In this document: in pieces, positions 1-17,521 of the stretch
Position numbering within the stretch: the stretch's first letter is position 1
Layout of the letters: each line of letters starts with the position of its first letter
Assembly: GCF_009914755.1 (NCBI RefSeq)
Contig: NC_060936.1
Source: the human T2T-CHM13v2.0 reference genome, Homo sapiens
Reading direction: 5' to 3' (one strand)
DNA length: 64,000 nt
Notes under the pieces: model-generated
Seen by the model: the letters and a program-made list of their open reading frames with translations, nothing else
Told to the model about the DNA's origin: nothing
The model's database searches: none
Translations under genes and position numbers: made by a program

Positions 1-190
1 ATGATGTATTACATACTTCAAAATTGCTAAAAGAGTAGATTTTAAATGTTCTTACCACAAAGAAATGGCAAATATGTAAGGTGATATATATGTTCATTAG
101 CCTGATTTCATTATTCCATAATGTATACATGTATCATAATATCACATTGTACTCAAGTATAAAATTATTATTTGTCAATTAAAAATAAAT
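1..190 (+). mobile_element. Old L1 (L1MA/L1MB-type) 3' end
   Basis: aaaattgctaaaagagtagattttaaatgttcttaccacaaa...tgtcaattaaaaataaa matches the recalled L1M 3' terminus. Confidence 0.75.
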
Positions 191-1149
191 ACAATAAGAA
201 TAACACGTGAATGATCATCTACTTTTCAAACTCAACCAGTCTAGAACTAATTCAATTATTTGAAACACCTCCTTCTCCTCTGTCAAATTTACATCTATTT
301 CTCCACTTTCCATATCAAAATTTTAGAGTAATACGGAAGACTTTCCACCTTTTTGTTTGAATATAAGTCCTCAATTCCTGTCAACTAGGTCTTCATCATA
401 TTTCCTTTTTCTGTGCTGAGTTTTTGGCCACCATCCTGAATCGAGAGCCATTTTTTTTCTCAAAATTTCCATAGTTAGCCAACTGGCATCTCTGTCCCAA
501 ATATCACTACCTTTGAAATTAAAAGATCAATATCACTTTCATACATCATAATCATTCACACACAATTTCTCCCTCCGTCTGGCAGTGAAGTCTTCCCAAA
601 AATCTGCCCCAGTCAGTCTTTTCCAGTTTCACATTCCATTACTCCCACATGATCCAGAAAGTGTTCCAACAATTCCTCAAACATGCCATTACTTTTTCCA
701 CCTGTTTATCTTTATTCGTAACATTTATTTTTCCTCCTCACATGCCTACTGACATTCTACCCATTCTCTGAGATCCACTCAAAGGTCCCTTTTTTCAGTG
801 ATGCCCTGTATGATTTTCTAAGCGTAACATAATCACTGATTTCCTTTAGCACCTCCAAGTCCTTTCATTACAGCCCATTTCACACATGCTTTTGAATTGT
901 CGTTATTTACACTATCTTGCCTCTCCTACTGAACTATTAGCTATCTATGAACAGTATAGTGTAATATCTTTCATAGTTGCCCCCCAAATACATTGTACTT
1001 CACAGGATGTCAACATATGTTTGTCAAATAAGTGAATAATTGCTATAAAATTGACTTATTTTCTCAAAAGATATAACAGAAAACTAAAGAATCAAATAGG
1101 TGTGTGAAGACAAAAAGAGAAAGAAGAGAAAAAAGATAGACACTAGAAA

Positions 1150-1275
1150 TTATATGAACCTAAATAAGTTGCTTACCCTTTCTGAATGCAGATTATCTTT
1201 ATGTAAAGAAAAAAGTTGGCCTAGATGACTGCTAAGGTGCTCCTTGTGCTAACATTCTATAATTTCATGATTCAC
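1150..1275 (+). mobile_element. MIR fragment
   Basis: Degenerate MIR core and 3' end (aagttgcttaccctttctga...ttggcctagatgactgctaagg...attctat). Confidence 0.55.
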
Positions 1276-2099
1276 TAGAGACTATCACAACTCAATGCAA
1301 GCAATAACACATGCCTCTGGCTCCCAGCTGCACTGTCCACTTTTTTCAGTCCTCTCCAGCTATGATCCTATGACAGAAAGTCAAAGTGATGAAGTGGTTT
1401 AATTCAGCATGCAAATTACTGCAGCTCTGAGCCTAAAAGAAATCATGCTGTGGGCAGGTAAAGAAAATTGGAAAGCTGATCCACAACTCTACAATGTGTT
1501 GGTTTGGAGTAAATAATTTTCTTATATGTTAGATGCATAATCTTCAGTATCTGAAGTAAGGAAAAATAATAGGTTAAGAAATTATTTTAATATGTATGTA
1601 TATATTACATAAATATATTCATATTCCCTTATGTTTTTATTATTGCTTACTATATGCCTTTAAAACTAACAACATATAATAGTTTTATTCCCAGTCTTCA
1701 CATACACTTTTAAAAGTAATTGGCATGTGTCATTTTATATGAAAACTTAGATTCATTATATTCAAGGGAAACACCGAGTTTGTGGGGTGGTGCATTGTGA
1801 CTCTATTCCCACAAGACTCCAATTATTCATCATTCAAAGCATAACAGAATTCCTTAGTAAATAGGCTGGAATAAATCCCCAAACTGCCTTGAGTTTCTTA
1901 TGAAAACATTTTGAAACCTTTAATGCTGGATATATCAATATATCACAAAACAAAACTCAATGGGCTTAACCATTTTATCCCAGCAGCTCTAACCTTCATT
2001 TTTCTACATTTTCTTGCAGAGACACATATTTCGAATGTTTTTCTACTTCTGGTTTATGCTTTTTCATGTCAGAAAACATTACCTTTTATCGTTCACTCA

Positions 2100-3340
2100 G
2101 CTGTGTAAACCAGGTATCAATATTTATCCTTGACTCTTCCTTCTTCCTTAATTCATGCTCACAATGAATTGATATATCTTACCAATTGTACTTTGTAAAC
2201 ATCTCAAGTTCATCTATATTTCTCTTTCTTCTGCTTTTATTTCAGGTTGATATCACCTCTTGCCTAGAACAGTGTACACCAAGCTTTTATTGATCATGCA
2301 TATATATCAGTAAGAAACATTCAGCAACAATTTCCAAAATGTGTATATTTATTTTGTTTCTAAATTATGCAAGAAACTCTGGGCAACCATATACTTGACA
2401 ATCAGAAAACAGTGCAACAGAAAGTACAAAACAAGAAGTTACAAATAAATAGAAAGTTCAAATACTGTCTTTCTACACAGGTGGTATTGGTCTTGTTTAT
2501 CCCTAGGTGGCATATGCTTTACTTGGAGAACGTCTATCCCAAGTTCCATTAACAGTCCCCCTGCCTGGTTAAAAGCTTTGAGTCTTAACTTCCATAATGC
2601 AATATTTTTAACATGCAGTGCTTTCACATCCTTCCCCAATTAAAGCACTTCTATGTCTTCCTGTTTTTTCTAAGAATGAGATACAAACTCTTTAAGATGC
2701 TTCACAAAGCCCCTTTATGACCTGGCTATTTTCTTATTATCCAGTTTTATTTCTTGTTATTCCTGTCCCACTCTTCTCCTGCCTCCCACAAATATGCACC
2801 TTGTCTATGCTGAAGTGTTTTCAGAATCAAATCCAGGTGACCATGCTTTTTCTCCTCACTAAGACTTTGTCTATCCATTTAATTCTGCTTAGAATATTTT
2901 CTCCTTTCTCCTACCCACTGTATCTGATTAAGTCCTACTTATCCTTCATATGTCATTTTAGATATAATTTCATCTGGAAAATGCCTCTCCTATAATCTAC
3001 CCTGGTGCATAAAATTCATCCTTATGCTATTCCATGCCAGTGAATTTTAATTGTCAGTTTGTCTTTTACATTGGCTTAGTGATTATTACACAGTGGGGTA
3101 ATCTAAATCACTTAGAAACTTTCTTTAAGTCCAATTTTTTCAACCTCATCCATAGATATTTTCATTCTATGCATCCAGGATAGAGCCCAGGAATGTGCAC
3201 TTTTAAAGCACCAGGGTGATTCTTATGCACATGTTTGCACTAGAATGGATGCTTATTCACTGCTATATCTTCAGCATCTTTTAGGAATCTTGGCACATAA
3301 TAGGTGCTTAATAAATATTTTTTGAATAAATAAGTGAGAG
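2100..3340 (+). mobile_element. Degenerate L2 fragments, interrupted by a MER5-like hAT fragment at ~3090-3240
   Basis: L2 3' end tggcacataataggtgcttaataaatattttttgaataaat; MER5-like agcccaggaatgtgcacttttaaagcaccagggtgattcttatgca. Confidence 0.55.
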
Positions 3341-4258
3341 GGATATGATTGAAAAGATAACTGATTTTTAAGGCAGAGGTAACAGAATAAGCAAGAAAAT
3401 GAATGCATAAAATCTCAAAATTTGCTGGGATACCTTTAAATATAATTTTTGTCTTTCTCACTTTCTAAAATGCAAGTCTTCAGTGACAGAGAGGTAGCAT
3501 ACTTAAAATGAATGGGCCAGCTTGATGTTGTCCTCCTATCTGTGCAGCAACTAGTGGAGAAGCTTCTGACAGGTAAAAATTGTCTTTCATATGGGTTTTG
3601 GTAAATGAAAAAGGAATTGGTTGGGTTAGAGATTGTGGTTGGGTAGCAGAGAGGAAGAGGAAAAGCTGAAGCCAAAGTACACAGGTTTGTAGATTGTATT
3701 AAATAGTTCGGACTTCATTCTAAAGATGCCATCCTGGTCCCTAAGGAATACTGACTTAACTCAGAATGCTGACTAGACCAAAACATGGAATATTAACATA
3801 TATCATACCTTTAAAAGCTGAGGATCCCTTTCTGCCACCTGACTCTACCATGCGGAGAGCCATATGCTTTATGATCAGTTGCTCCTCCCTGCCCACTCTC
3901 ACTTAGAGTTTGCAGAGGCTCTGTTCACTGGCAAATATTACCACCACTGCAGACCAGAAGCAAAGACAAACCTGACTCCTCAGCCAAGTTGCTGCCTAAA
4001 TCTTCCAAATCTCCACTGAATTCTGTTAGGTCCACGTGGCCACTATGTTCTAGGATTTTATGCTGATTATTCTCTTGGTGGCATTTTCCTGAAGTCAAAC
4101 TCATTCTTCTCTCATCCTTCCTAAGGTGCATATTGGTTGGTTTGTTCTTTGCTACTTTGTTTTAGTTTTAGTTTTTCATTACCCTTTGGTTCTTGGAATT
4201 TGAGAACAAAAATAGTGCTCTCCTCATCCCTAAATTTGTATTAAAATAAAAAAGTCCC

Positions 4259-4350
4259 AATATTAGGTCTATAAGAGCAAGTTTGGAGAATATGGGTCTT
4301 AACTGGAGATCCTAATATTAGGTTTATAAGAGCAAGTTTGGAGAATATGG
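4259..4350. repeat. Direct repeat, 2 x 37 bp, period 55
   Basis: aatattaggt(c/t)tataagagcaagtttggagaatatgg at 4259-4295 and 4314-4350, 1 mismatch. Confidence 0.9.
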
Positions 4351-4989
4351 AGCTTAGATATTCAGGCAAGAGAGCTTGCTAACATTTCACCTCAGAATTA
4401 ACCATACACCTTCGAATCACACATTGAGCTTGACAACCGCATGTTTCTGACCAAGGACCTGTTCCCTGAAACTTACTACACAGAGGAACAAAGGAGACCA
4501 TGGCACATCTTCTGTGCACAGAGGAAAATCCCTCAAACAAGAGGTCTGGAGGGTCTGCCCAAGCCACGCATGCCCGGCTCATTTCCAACCTCAGCACTCA
4601 GTGAAGTCAGTCCACTACCTAGGAAGGAGTAAATAAGATGGGTAGAGAGACCAGAATTGTTATTTTGAAAAATGACTCTCTCTATGGGAACGTGAGTCAG
4701 GAATAAGTCATCTGCCCACAGACCATAACCATTTCAGTAAGCATTACTTCACTTCTTCACTTTTAGTGTAAACTCTCTTTCCCCAATTCCTTTCTCAACT
4801 ATAATGTACTTATTTTCTCAAACCCATCTGCAGATATATCATGAGTTGGAATCCACGCTCTCAATCAATGTCCCTAATGCCATTTCTAATTTTTTTACTC
4901 CCTCACCTTCTGGTGAAAATCTCTACCTTTCAGAGGCTTTTATCCCTTGTGTCTATCACCATCTAACTAGTACTTCTCATTGTTATGTC

Positions 4990-9300
<4,311 letters not shown>

Positions 9301-9323
9301 AGTCAAGCCTCTAAAAATTAACC

Positions 9324-9366
9324 TCTCTCTTTCTGTGTGTATGTGTGTTTGTGTGTGTGTGTGTGT
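9324..9366. repeat. (CT)n/(GT)n microsatellite
   Basis: Direct inspection. Confidence 0.85.
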
Positions 9367-11548
9367 ACTCATGCATGTAGCAGAGAAACAGAATTATGTA
9401 TACTTCATTTTTTATTCTTAAAATTAGTCATCAAAAGGTGGCTTATTTCAGTTGCAAGCAAACTCATCGATGGAGACAGACTGTGTTTCTCAGATAGATA
9501 CTGCCAGTTAGTAATTCTGCTTAAAATGGGCTCAGAATAACATGTCTGAAATATTGAATATGTGTTTACAAATAAATAGCAACAGGACTTCTTTCTGAAG
9601 TCTATATATCACTTAAAATGAAGAAAAAGTTTTTAAAGGTCCAAGCATGATAATAGTTTATCCTATTTCGTTATTGGTATTTAATTCTTATATTTTAATA
9701 AATAATTTCTTCCACTCAGATACATTTGTTTACCTAGTTTATATTTTAAGGATGCAATTAGACATAAACATCTAATTTATTTATCTTGTAAACTCAAAAT
9801 TCCCTCATTAGTGCAATCTCAGAATTTATCTATACTATGGAAAAAAAATGGAATGAAAATCCGTGTTAGAATCATTATATCAGGAAACAATGAGTCAAGT
9901 TCTTTAAGTTCCATTTTATATTTAGTAGAGTCTTCTAGATGATATTTTAACACTAAGCACTGGCCATGTTATAAAATAGTAATTGACTGTGTTATATGAG
10001 AGCCAAAAACATTCTCCTATTTTTTGGAAAATAATAGAAATCAGAGGTTGGATACAATTTCTAAAATAAGATGTAAAGTAATGACAGACTTGCAGCCAAC
10101 AAAGTTTAATCAATTATATAATCATTAAAAAGAAGACTCAATAATTAGTCATATTATTTACCTGCACCATTGCCTTAAAGAAGTCACTTCAACTCTGAGC
10201 CTCAGACATTCATTAAAATGGTGATAATTATACCACTTTATAAAATTATTATAAGAATTAAATTAGTTAATATATATGAATGCATCCCTTTTGTAAAGCC
10301 TAAAGCTCTACAGAACACTGAGTTTTATTATTACCACACAAAAATAATTTAAATAAAATAAATATTTTCTGTATGTGAACATATAAAGGTATGTGTATAT
10401 AACTTGTTGATTCATAACAGAAAAATCATTGGTGTTAGTATGATTCCGGGAATTGTATTTTTTCAGACAATAAATTCCAATTTTCTCAGGAAACCGAAGT
10501 TGACAGAAGAAAATATATGTCAAAAGCTTCTATTTGGGGGCCTAATTGAAATATTTGTTTTTTGGAACCCAAACAATTATGGGTCTATATCAATTTGGAG
10601 AATTATAAAAAAAAAATGATACAAGACAAATTAACCCCCAGGTTGTATCTAGCTATTTCCAAATAATACAATCTCAAGTAATGTTTCCTATTATTTTTGA
10701 TATTGGAGTGGAAGTAAGGAACGACAGCTTGTGCTTTCCTCAGAATCTGTTAACAGGAATCAATTTCTTTCAACCAGCTTTAATGATCTACTCAACCAGA
10801 AAAATATCATCAATAAAATTTATGTTGTTATGTTTTCTGGCAATAAAAGAGAGCTAAGAAATTACTATTTATCTCATTGCTATATAGATAATATTAGATA
10901 GTACATGTGAAAACCTATGAAAACTACAGAACAATTATTGAAAGCCAAAATAAATAGAAAGTTACATGAAAATAAGGTACATAGAAAATAAAACAATATA
11001 TCAAGATAAATTAAGGATTACAAAACTTTAGTGGACATTATAATTTTCTTTCTTTAAAAAAAAATTTTGCTTTACTCAAAGAGACAATGATTCAGTAGAT
11101 CAAAGGTACAGTGCAGAAGGTTGGCTAAGGTGTATTTCTTTCTCTAGCACCTCAAATGATTCCAGTGAAATTGGTTCCTGGACCCTGGATAATGTTTAGA
11201 AATACCACTCTGGATCATAAATTTGTTAACTATTAACTCTTAAAAGAGTCATAACTTAACTCTTCCTTATCTCTCTGGTATGTGCAAACAAGCACACACA
11301 CACATACATATATGATGTAGATATGTTTTTCCTTCAATTTTATATGTACATCTTTTCTCTGTGTATCAAGTTAATGGTATAGAATAAAATAACTAAATGA
11401 CACATAGCACAAAGTATTATGCAAGTAAGATTTTTATTTTCTTTTATAATTTTATTATATCAATAATTGTTAAATATATAGCTCTGATTACATGTAATGT
11501 AATAATGACCACGATTGTAAATAACTTCTTTAGAAAATAACAGCATAT

Positions 11549-11840
11549 GGCCGGGCACCGTGGCTCACGCCTGTAACCCAGCACTTTGGGAGGCCGAGGC
11601 AGGCGGATCATGAGGTCAGGAGATCAAGACTATCATGGCTAACACGATGGAACCCCGTCTCTACTAAAAATACAAAAAATTAGTGGCGCGTGGTGGCGGG
11701 CACTTGTAGTCCCAGCTACTTGGGAGGCTGAGGCAGGAGAACGGCGTGAACCCGGGGGCAGAGTTTGCAGTGAGCCGAGATCACACCACTGCAGTCCAGC
11801 CTGAGTGACAGTGCGAGACTCCGTCTCAAAAAAAAAAAAA
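11549..11840 (+). mobile_element. AluY
   Basis: Dimeric Alu with Y-type ggatcatgaggtcaggagatc...gctaacacg and ggcgtgaacccgg; A tail; imperfect TSD aacagcatat/aacaacatat. Confidence 0.92.
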
Positions 11841-12398
11841 CAACATATGATGAGGTAGTATTTTAATATGACATTTTTTACAATACAATCATCTATCATC
11901 AATATAGTCAACATTTTATCAAGTGCAAAATAAATTTTCAGAATATTTAATTTCGCTTATTGCAAACATTTATGGATATAATTACATATATTTATAAAAA
12001 TATAACAATTAAATATAGACTTTATTATCTCTTTTTATTTGTTAAGCACCTTTAACGTAATTAGTACTTACAAGAAACAACTAATACTACTGATTTTTAT
12101 ATTTTCACCACCTACTATGTATGAACCAGAACTTATATTTCTTTTTAATCACCATTTTGAGGCATAATTTACATGGATTTAAATTCACCAAGTTTAAGGA
12201 AACAATTATATGTGTTTTGACAAATGTGTATTATCATGTAATCATCACAATCAAGATATAGAGCATTTCCATCAGCCATAAAAATATGTATCATGCCTCT
12301 TGTAAAATTATTTTCCCATAATCTGGTTTAGCAACTGTCAATCTGAAATTGGTCCCTATAGCTTTGCCTCCTCTAGAATTCCATATGAATAGAATCAT

Positions 12399-12719
12399 CC
12401 TTAGCAAACAAATGCAGAAACAGAAAACCAAATACCCCAGGTTCTTACTTATAAGTGGGAGCTAAATAATGAGAACATATGGACACATAGAGGGGAGCAA
12501 CAGACACTGGGGCCTACTTGGGGATCGAGGTTGGGAGAAGGAGGAGATCAGAAAAAATAACTATTTACTACTAGGCTTAGTACCGGGGGATGAAATAAAA
12601 TGTACAACAAACCCCCGTGACACGGGCTTACCTATATAACAAACCTGCACATGTATCCCAACCTAAAATAAAGTAAAATAAAATAAAAATAAAATAGAAA
12701 AAAGCTTAAAGAAAAAAAA
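12399..12719 (+). mobile_element. L1PA15/16-like 3'UTR fragment with ~24 bp TSD
   Basis: 3'UTR (aacaaacccccgtgacacg), A-rich tail, flanks agaattcca(t/c)at(g/a)aatagaatcat at 12375-12398 and 12720-12743. Confidence 0.85.
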
Positions 12720-13069
12720 AGAATTCCACATAAATAGAATCATACAGTCCATAGGTGACTGTGCCTGGCTTCTTTCACTTATACTGCTTCTAAGATTCAT
12801 CTATGTTGTGGCATGCATTAGTAGTTTGTTCTTGAGTATTATTCCTTTGTATGGGCATCCCTATATTCCTTTATAAATTTACATGTTAATTGACATTCAC
12901 TTGTTGATTGGCATCATCCATTCACTTGTTTATTGGTTGCCAGTTTTAATTTGTTATAAGTAAAGCTGCTATAATTACTGAAGTACAGTTCTTTGTAAGA
13001 ATTTTTCTTTTTTTCCCTTTATGGAAATACTTAGAGAATTACTAGTTTTGGCATAGATATATGTCTAAC

Positions 13070-13460
13070 TGTTCTGCTCAGCTGAACCCTCAGCTGCAGT
13101 TGACGCAAAAGTGGCTGCAGGGTAGTTCCCACAAGGGACTACACCAAAGTATCCAGAGATGGAGCCAGTTAGGATTCCAAAGAAAGAAGCACTAAATGCT
13201 ATGATAATCAATTCAACGTATTTATTAGGAGAAATTACATGCAGAGGGCTACAGCATACTCACAACACACTGCAAGAAAGGTGTCCTACCCAGATATATC
13301 CATTGCAAGGGGAATGGGTGAGAGTTTATATGAGGGTTTAAATAATTTGGCTCAGGGCTGGGGCTAGTTTTTACATGCAAAATCCTAACAATTATCAGTG
13401 CCTGAGAATGTTCAATAACTTCAGCTTGGTTTCAAGAGTGCAAGAAATAAACATTTTAAA
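13070..13460 (-). mobile_element. Probable ERVL-class LTR (MER54/MER74-like)
   Basis: Non-L1 block interrupting L1M; minus-strand AATAAA (tttatt) and TATA-like tttata; family assignment from memory. Confidence 0.45.
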
Positions 13461-15229
13461 ATTGCATCAAGTCCAAATTGTCAATTTTTCTCTTATCGTT
13501 AATGCTTATTGTATTGTACATAAGAAATTATTCCCTAGCTTAATATTTTTCTGATACTAATTTACATTCTATTTTGATTTGATTGTTTTATTTGTGGAAA
13601 CGACAAGGTTTATATATTCTTTATTCAACTGTTTCATCACAAATTGTGGAAAAAACTATACATTTTTTTCCAGTGCATTGCCTGGGAATTCCTATTGCTT
13701 AAAATCAGTTGACCATATATGTGTTCAGTTTCTTTCTTGATTTTCTATTCACTTTTGATCAATATGTACATCTTACATGGATAAACTTGATTATAGTATT
13801 TTTAACATTTTTATTTTTATAATTTTGTGGGTAAATAGTAAATGTATATATATGTGAAGTATGTGAAATGTTTTGATAATTACAAGAAATACAAAATAAG
13901 CACATCATGAATAATGGGGTAACCATTTCCTGAAGCATTTAACCTTTAAGTTACAAGCGATCCAATTACGTTATTTCAAAATATACAATTAAGTTATTAT
14001 TGAGTATAGTCACCTTACTGAGCTATCAATAGTAGGTGTTATTCATTCTTTCTATTTTTTTGTACCTACTAACCATTTCCACCACTACCTCCACCTCATT
14101 ATCCCTTTCACCCCTCTGCTGTCCTTCTACTCTCTATGTTTATTAATTCAATTGTTTTGATTTTTGGATCCCGCTACTAATTGAGAACATGTAATATTTG
14201 TCTTTCTGTGCCTGGCTTATTAAGCTCAGCATGGTGATCTCCAGTTCCATTCATGTAGCTGTGAATAATTTGATCTCATCCATTTTCGTGGCTGAATAGT
14301 ACTCCATTGTGTATATGTACCACATTTTCTTTATCTATTAATCTTTTGATGGACACTTGGGTTGCTTTCAAATCACAGCTATTATTAACAGTGCTGCAAC
14401 AAACATAGGAGTGCAGATATCTCATTGACGTACTGATTTCCTTCCTTTTGGGTGTATACCCAGCAGTGGGATTGCAGCATCATATGGTTGCTCTATTGTG
14501 AGTTTTCTGAGAAACTTCCAAACTGTTCTTCACAGTGGTTGTGCTCATTTTTATTCCCACCAACAGTGTACATGGGTTCCCTTTTCTCCACATCCTAGCC
14601 AGCATTTGTTATTGACTGTCTTTTGGATATAAACCTTTTTAACTGGGGTGAGATCATATCTCATTTTAGTTTTGATCAGCATTTCTCTGATTATCAATGA
14701 TGTTGAGCAACTTTCATATGGCTTTTTGCCATTTGTATGTCTTCTTTTGAGAAATTTCTATGCAAACATTTTGCCCATTTTCGATAGGATTATTGGATTT
14801 TTTCCTGTAGAGTTGTTTGAGCTCCCTATATATTCTGATTATTAATCCCTTGTCAGATGGGTAGTTTGCAAATATTTTCTCTCATTCTTTAGGTTGTCTC
14901 TTCACTTTGTTAATTGTTTCCTGTGCTGCTCAGAAGCTTTTTAACTTGATGTGATCCCATTTGTTCATTATTGTGTTGGCTGCTTGTGCTTGTGGGGTAT
15001 TGTTCAAGAAATCTTTTCCCAGACCAATGTCCTGGAGATTTTCCCCAAAGTAGTTTGAGGAAACTCTCTTGCAGTTTGAGGTCTTAGGTTTAAGTCTTTA
15101 ACTCGTTTATGCTGAGGTTAAAGTTTTCTGAATTTGGCCATGAAATTCATATATATTTCCTAGAAAAATTCAAGGGACAAGAATTTGAAGAGAAAAAAAA
15201 TATTATGTTCCATTGTTGAGTTATGTGGT

Positions 15230-15245
15230 GTTCCAAAAATGGAAC
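15230..15245. promoter_or_regulatory. PGBD3-type 16-bp imperfect palindrome downstream of the ORF
   Basis: GTTCCAAAAATGGAAC. Confidence 0.8.
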
Positions 15246-15310
15246 GCTAGGCAAAATCACTGCTACCTTGTACATAACATATAATTTTTTTTTTTGTCTC
15301 ATGACACCTG

Positions 15311-17089
15311 CTACTCAGTGTGATATTCAACAGAACACTTCAAATGTAAAGCAACATTACATTTTTCACATCGAAAAGTGGTGTTCTTATGACATTCAGC
15401 ACATCGCGTTTGCTTTCCCTGTTTGACTATCATGTGATTTATGCCATCATAATGTGAGTCAATGTTATGCTTCTGAGAAGGTCTTCCTTTTTGGCCAGGT
15501 TCTGGAGGATGACCATGGGTCTGCAGATAATGACATACCACACGCCAACGACACTCCAGAAAATCCACTGGCTTCTCATCACGTTTTATGCAATTACCAA
15601 GCATTTTGTAAGACCAATTTGAAACAGAACAAGAGAGCTCGAATACCAGTTCTTTCCATGGATTGCTGCCTGATACTTATCGAAGTTTTTATCAGCTCTG
15701 TCTATGCCTCCCATGAACCAGTTATACACTTTGTTCATGTTTGGCTGCAGAACTTGGGTCTTCTTTTTCTGTTTCCAGGAATAGTAACTGACAAGACACA
15801 GGTGATCGATACCAGCACCTGATGAGGCAAAAGTGACAACACTGTTATCATTCCATCTGCAGGCAATATTGCCTTTGCCATCAATTAGATAATCAAATGT
15901 GCCTCTTTCTTTTTTCTTTAGCACTATATCCTATTCCAGTGGAGCTTTGTCAGTGCTATCATTTCTCACTGTACCTGTTGCCTGATGTCCCATTGAACTG
16001 ACCTTATCAAGAAGTGCAATACTGGTAAAAAAGTTATCGAATATAAAATGGTATTGTCCAGGGTGTGCCTCTATAAGTGCCTCTCTAAACTGAAGGGTGA
16101 ATGATGCACCGACACCGTATTCCTCATGTTTAGTATTTGGTTTTTACCCTGATATGGCTAAAACCAGCAAATGCAGCCCAGACATGTGGCACCACACCAA
16201 AACTTACAGCCAAATTGAATGGGCTTTCCCCCAATAAATTGTTCACACCTGTGACGACCAAAATAAGGAAACGTGGATTCATCAAAGCTGAAATATGTTT
16301 CATTTGGAACAAATTTCATACATCTCTCATTGAGTTTGCTTATGAGAGGTTGTAACTTGGAAAACTTGTCCATTGGATCCAAATTTGCATTGTCAGCAAC
16401 ATCCAAATTAGAAAATATAGTTTCAAAGCGGTCACATCTCATGGCAGCACTCACCAGTATATTATGCGCATCTGTTCTTTGTTTACAAAACATACGCCTT
16501 CTAGGAGCTGAGACATAGGCACTCAGAAAAATAATTCCCAGAAAACATTTGAATTTGGAGCTAGTCAAGCCAAGATGTACACCCTTACTTCCAGCATATA
16601 AGTTGGAGAACTTGACAATGAATTCAAAGAACTTTTCATCAAGAAAAAGTTCAAGAAGTTCTGTGGGAGTTCTCATTTTGCTAAAGAAACCTTTTGGTGG
16701 TTCTGTAACTCTACCTGCTAGGGGGTGTGTGTTAGATCAGCGTTTTGCCATTTGAAAACAACTTTTGTCACTTTCCTCCTCCTCGATGGTGGAGGTTGCT
16801 GCACAGTGGAGGTAGATGGAACTTCGCCAGGAGAGTCATCATTATGTGCATATGAGGGATCATCTGAGTCAGATTCAGCATCCGAGCCATCTTGAATAAG
16901 TTATGCAGTTGCAAACAACAAAGAACCTGGCAGATTATTTATTATTACACCTTCTTCATCTTCTGAGTCCTCATCAGAAACAGGTGTTGTAGCATTTTCA
17001 GGTGGTTGTATCACTCTAGCACTTGCTTCTATGATGTCATCTGTCTCTAAAAGGTCAGTTATTTCATGTAAACTTAGAGTTTGAGGCAT
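15311..17089 (-). pseudogene. PGBD3P: PGBD3-type piggyBac transposase pseudogene (one of the PGBD3P copies; number not determined)
   Basis: MPQTLSLHEITDLLETDD..., MRTPTELLELFLD..., SFDES, FIFDNFFTS, MGGIDRAD, CAECHKNTTFRCEKCNVALHLKCSVEYHTE*; ~593 codons; stops at ~16901, 16158, 15931, 15594; frameshifts near 16725, 16140, 15630, 15580. Confidence 0.95.
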
Positions 17090-17096
17090 CTTGGGA

Positions 17097-17124
17097 CTAA
17101 AACGGAAAAACAAAGTATTATTAG
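17097..17124 (-). promoter_or_regulatory. 3' splice acceptor of the piggyBac exon trap
   Basis: Minus strand CTAAT...ctttgtttttccgttttAG|TCCCAAG ATG. Confidence 0.8.
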
Positions 17125-17150
17125 TCCCAGTGGTAGTCATTTTGCCTAGT

Positions 17151-17166
17151 GTTCCAAAAATGGAAC
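17151..17166. promoter_or_regulatory. PGBD3-type 16-bp imperfect palindrome upstream of the ORF
   Basis: GTTCCAAAAATGGAAC preceded by TIR-like cattttgcctagt. Confidence 0.8.
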
Positions 17167-17521
17167 ATGCAAAATCTCAAACCCATAACTAATGCAACAA
17201 TAATAATTTCGGTATTTTCTTGCACAATAGCATAACTAGTAGTTATGCACAATAGCATAACTAGTAGAGAAGTAATAAAAAAATACTATGTAAGAGGTAA
17301 TGCAGTAAAGTTTTACGTACCTGTCTTTGGATACTTCCTCAAAAATGTTTCCAAAAACTCACATCACTTTTTGTCAAGCTCCCAGCATGCCAGTGTCTTC
17401 AGCAGTGACTAACTCTGTGCACCATGTGATAACATGTACCCTCAGGAGGCAGACATATGTGAAAAATCAGACTGGCGATGATCTTGAGCAGTAGGATATA
17501 AATCACTCCCACATGCTTAGT

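Larger units (their letters stand above)
12150..13795 (-). mobile_element. Old L1 (L1MB/L1MC-type) 3' part; host of nested insertions, resumes at ~24960
   Basis: ttttgaggcataatttacat...ttttgacaaatgtg 3' end; L1 sequence cttgattatagt...tagtaagtctt is split by the L1MA. Confidence 0.65.

Noticed and set aside
1350-1457. 108-nt AG...GTAAAG exon-like segment
   Set aside because: Stops in all three frames and a short pyrimidine tract; no support as a coding exon
4259-4350. CRISPR-like repeat-spacer-repeat
   Set aside because: Only two units, primate DNA and no cas genes; a local duplication explains it
11639-11914. 91-aa ORF
   Set aside because: Antisense Alu translation
15311-17089. Functional PGBD3 / the ERCC6 locus itself
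   Set aside because: At least four stops and four frameshifts; no recognisable CSB exons in the window
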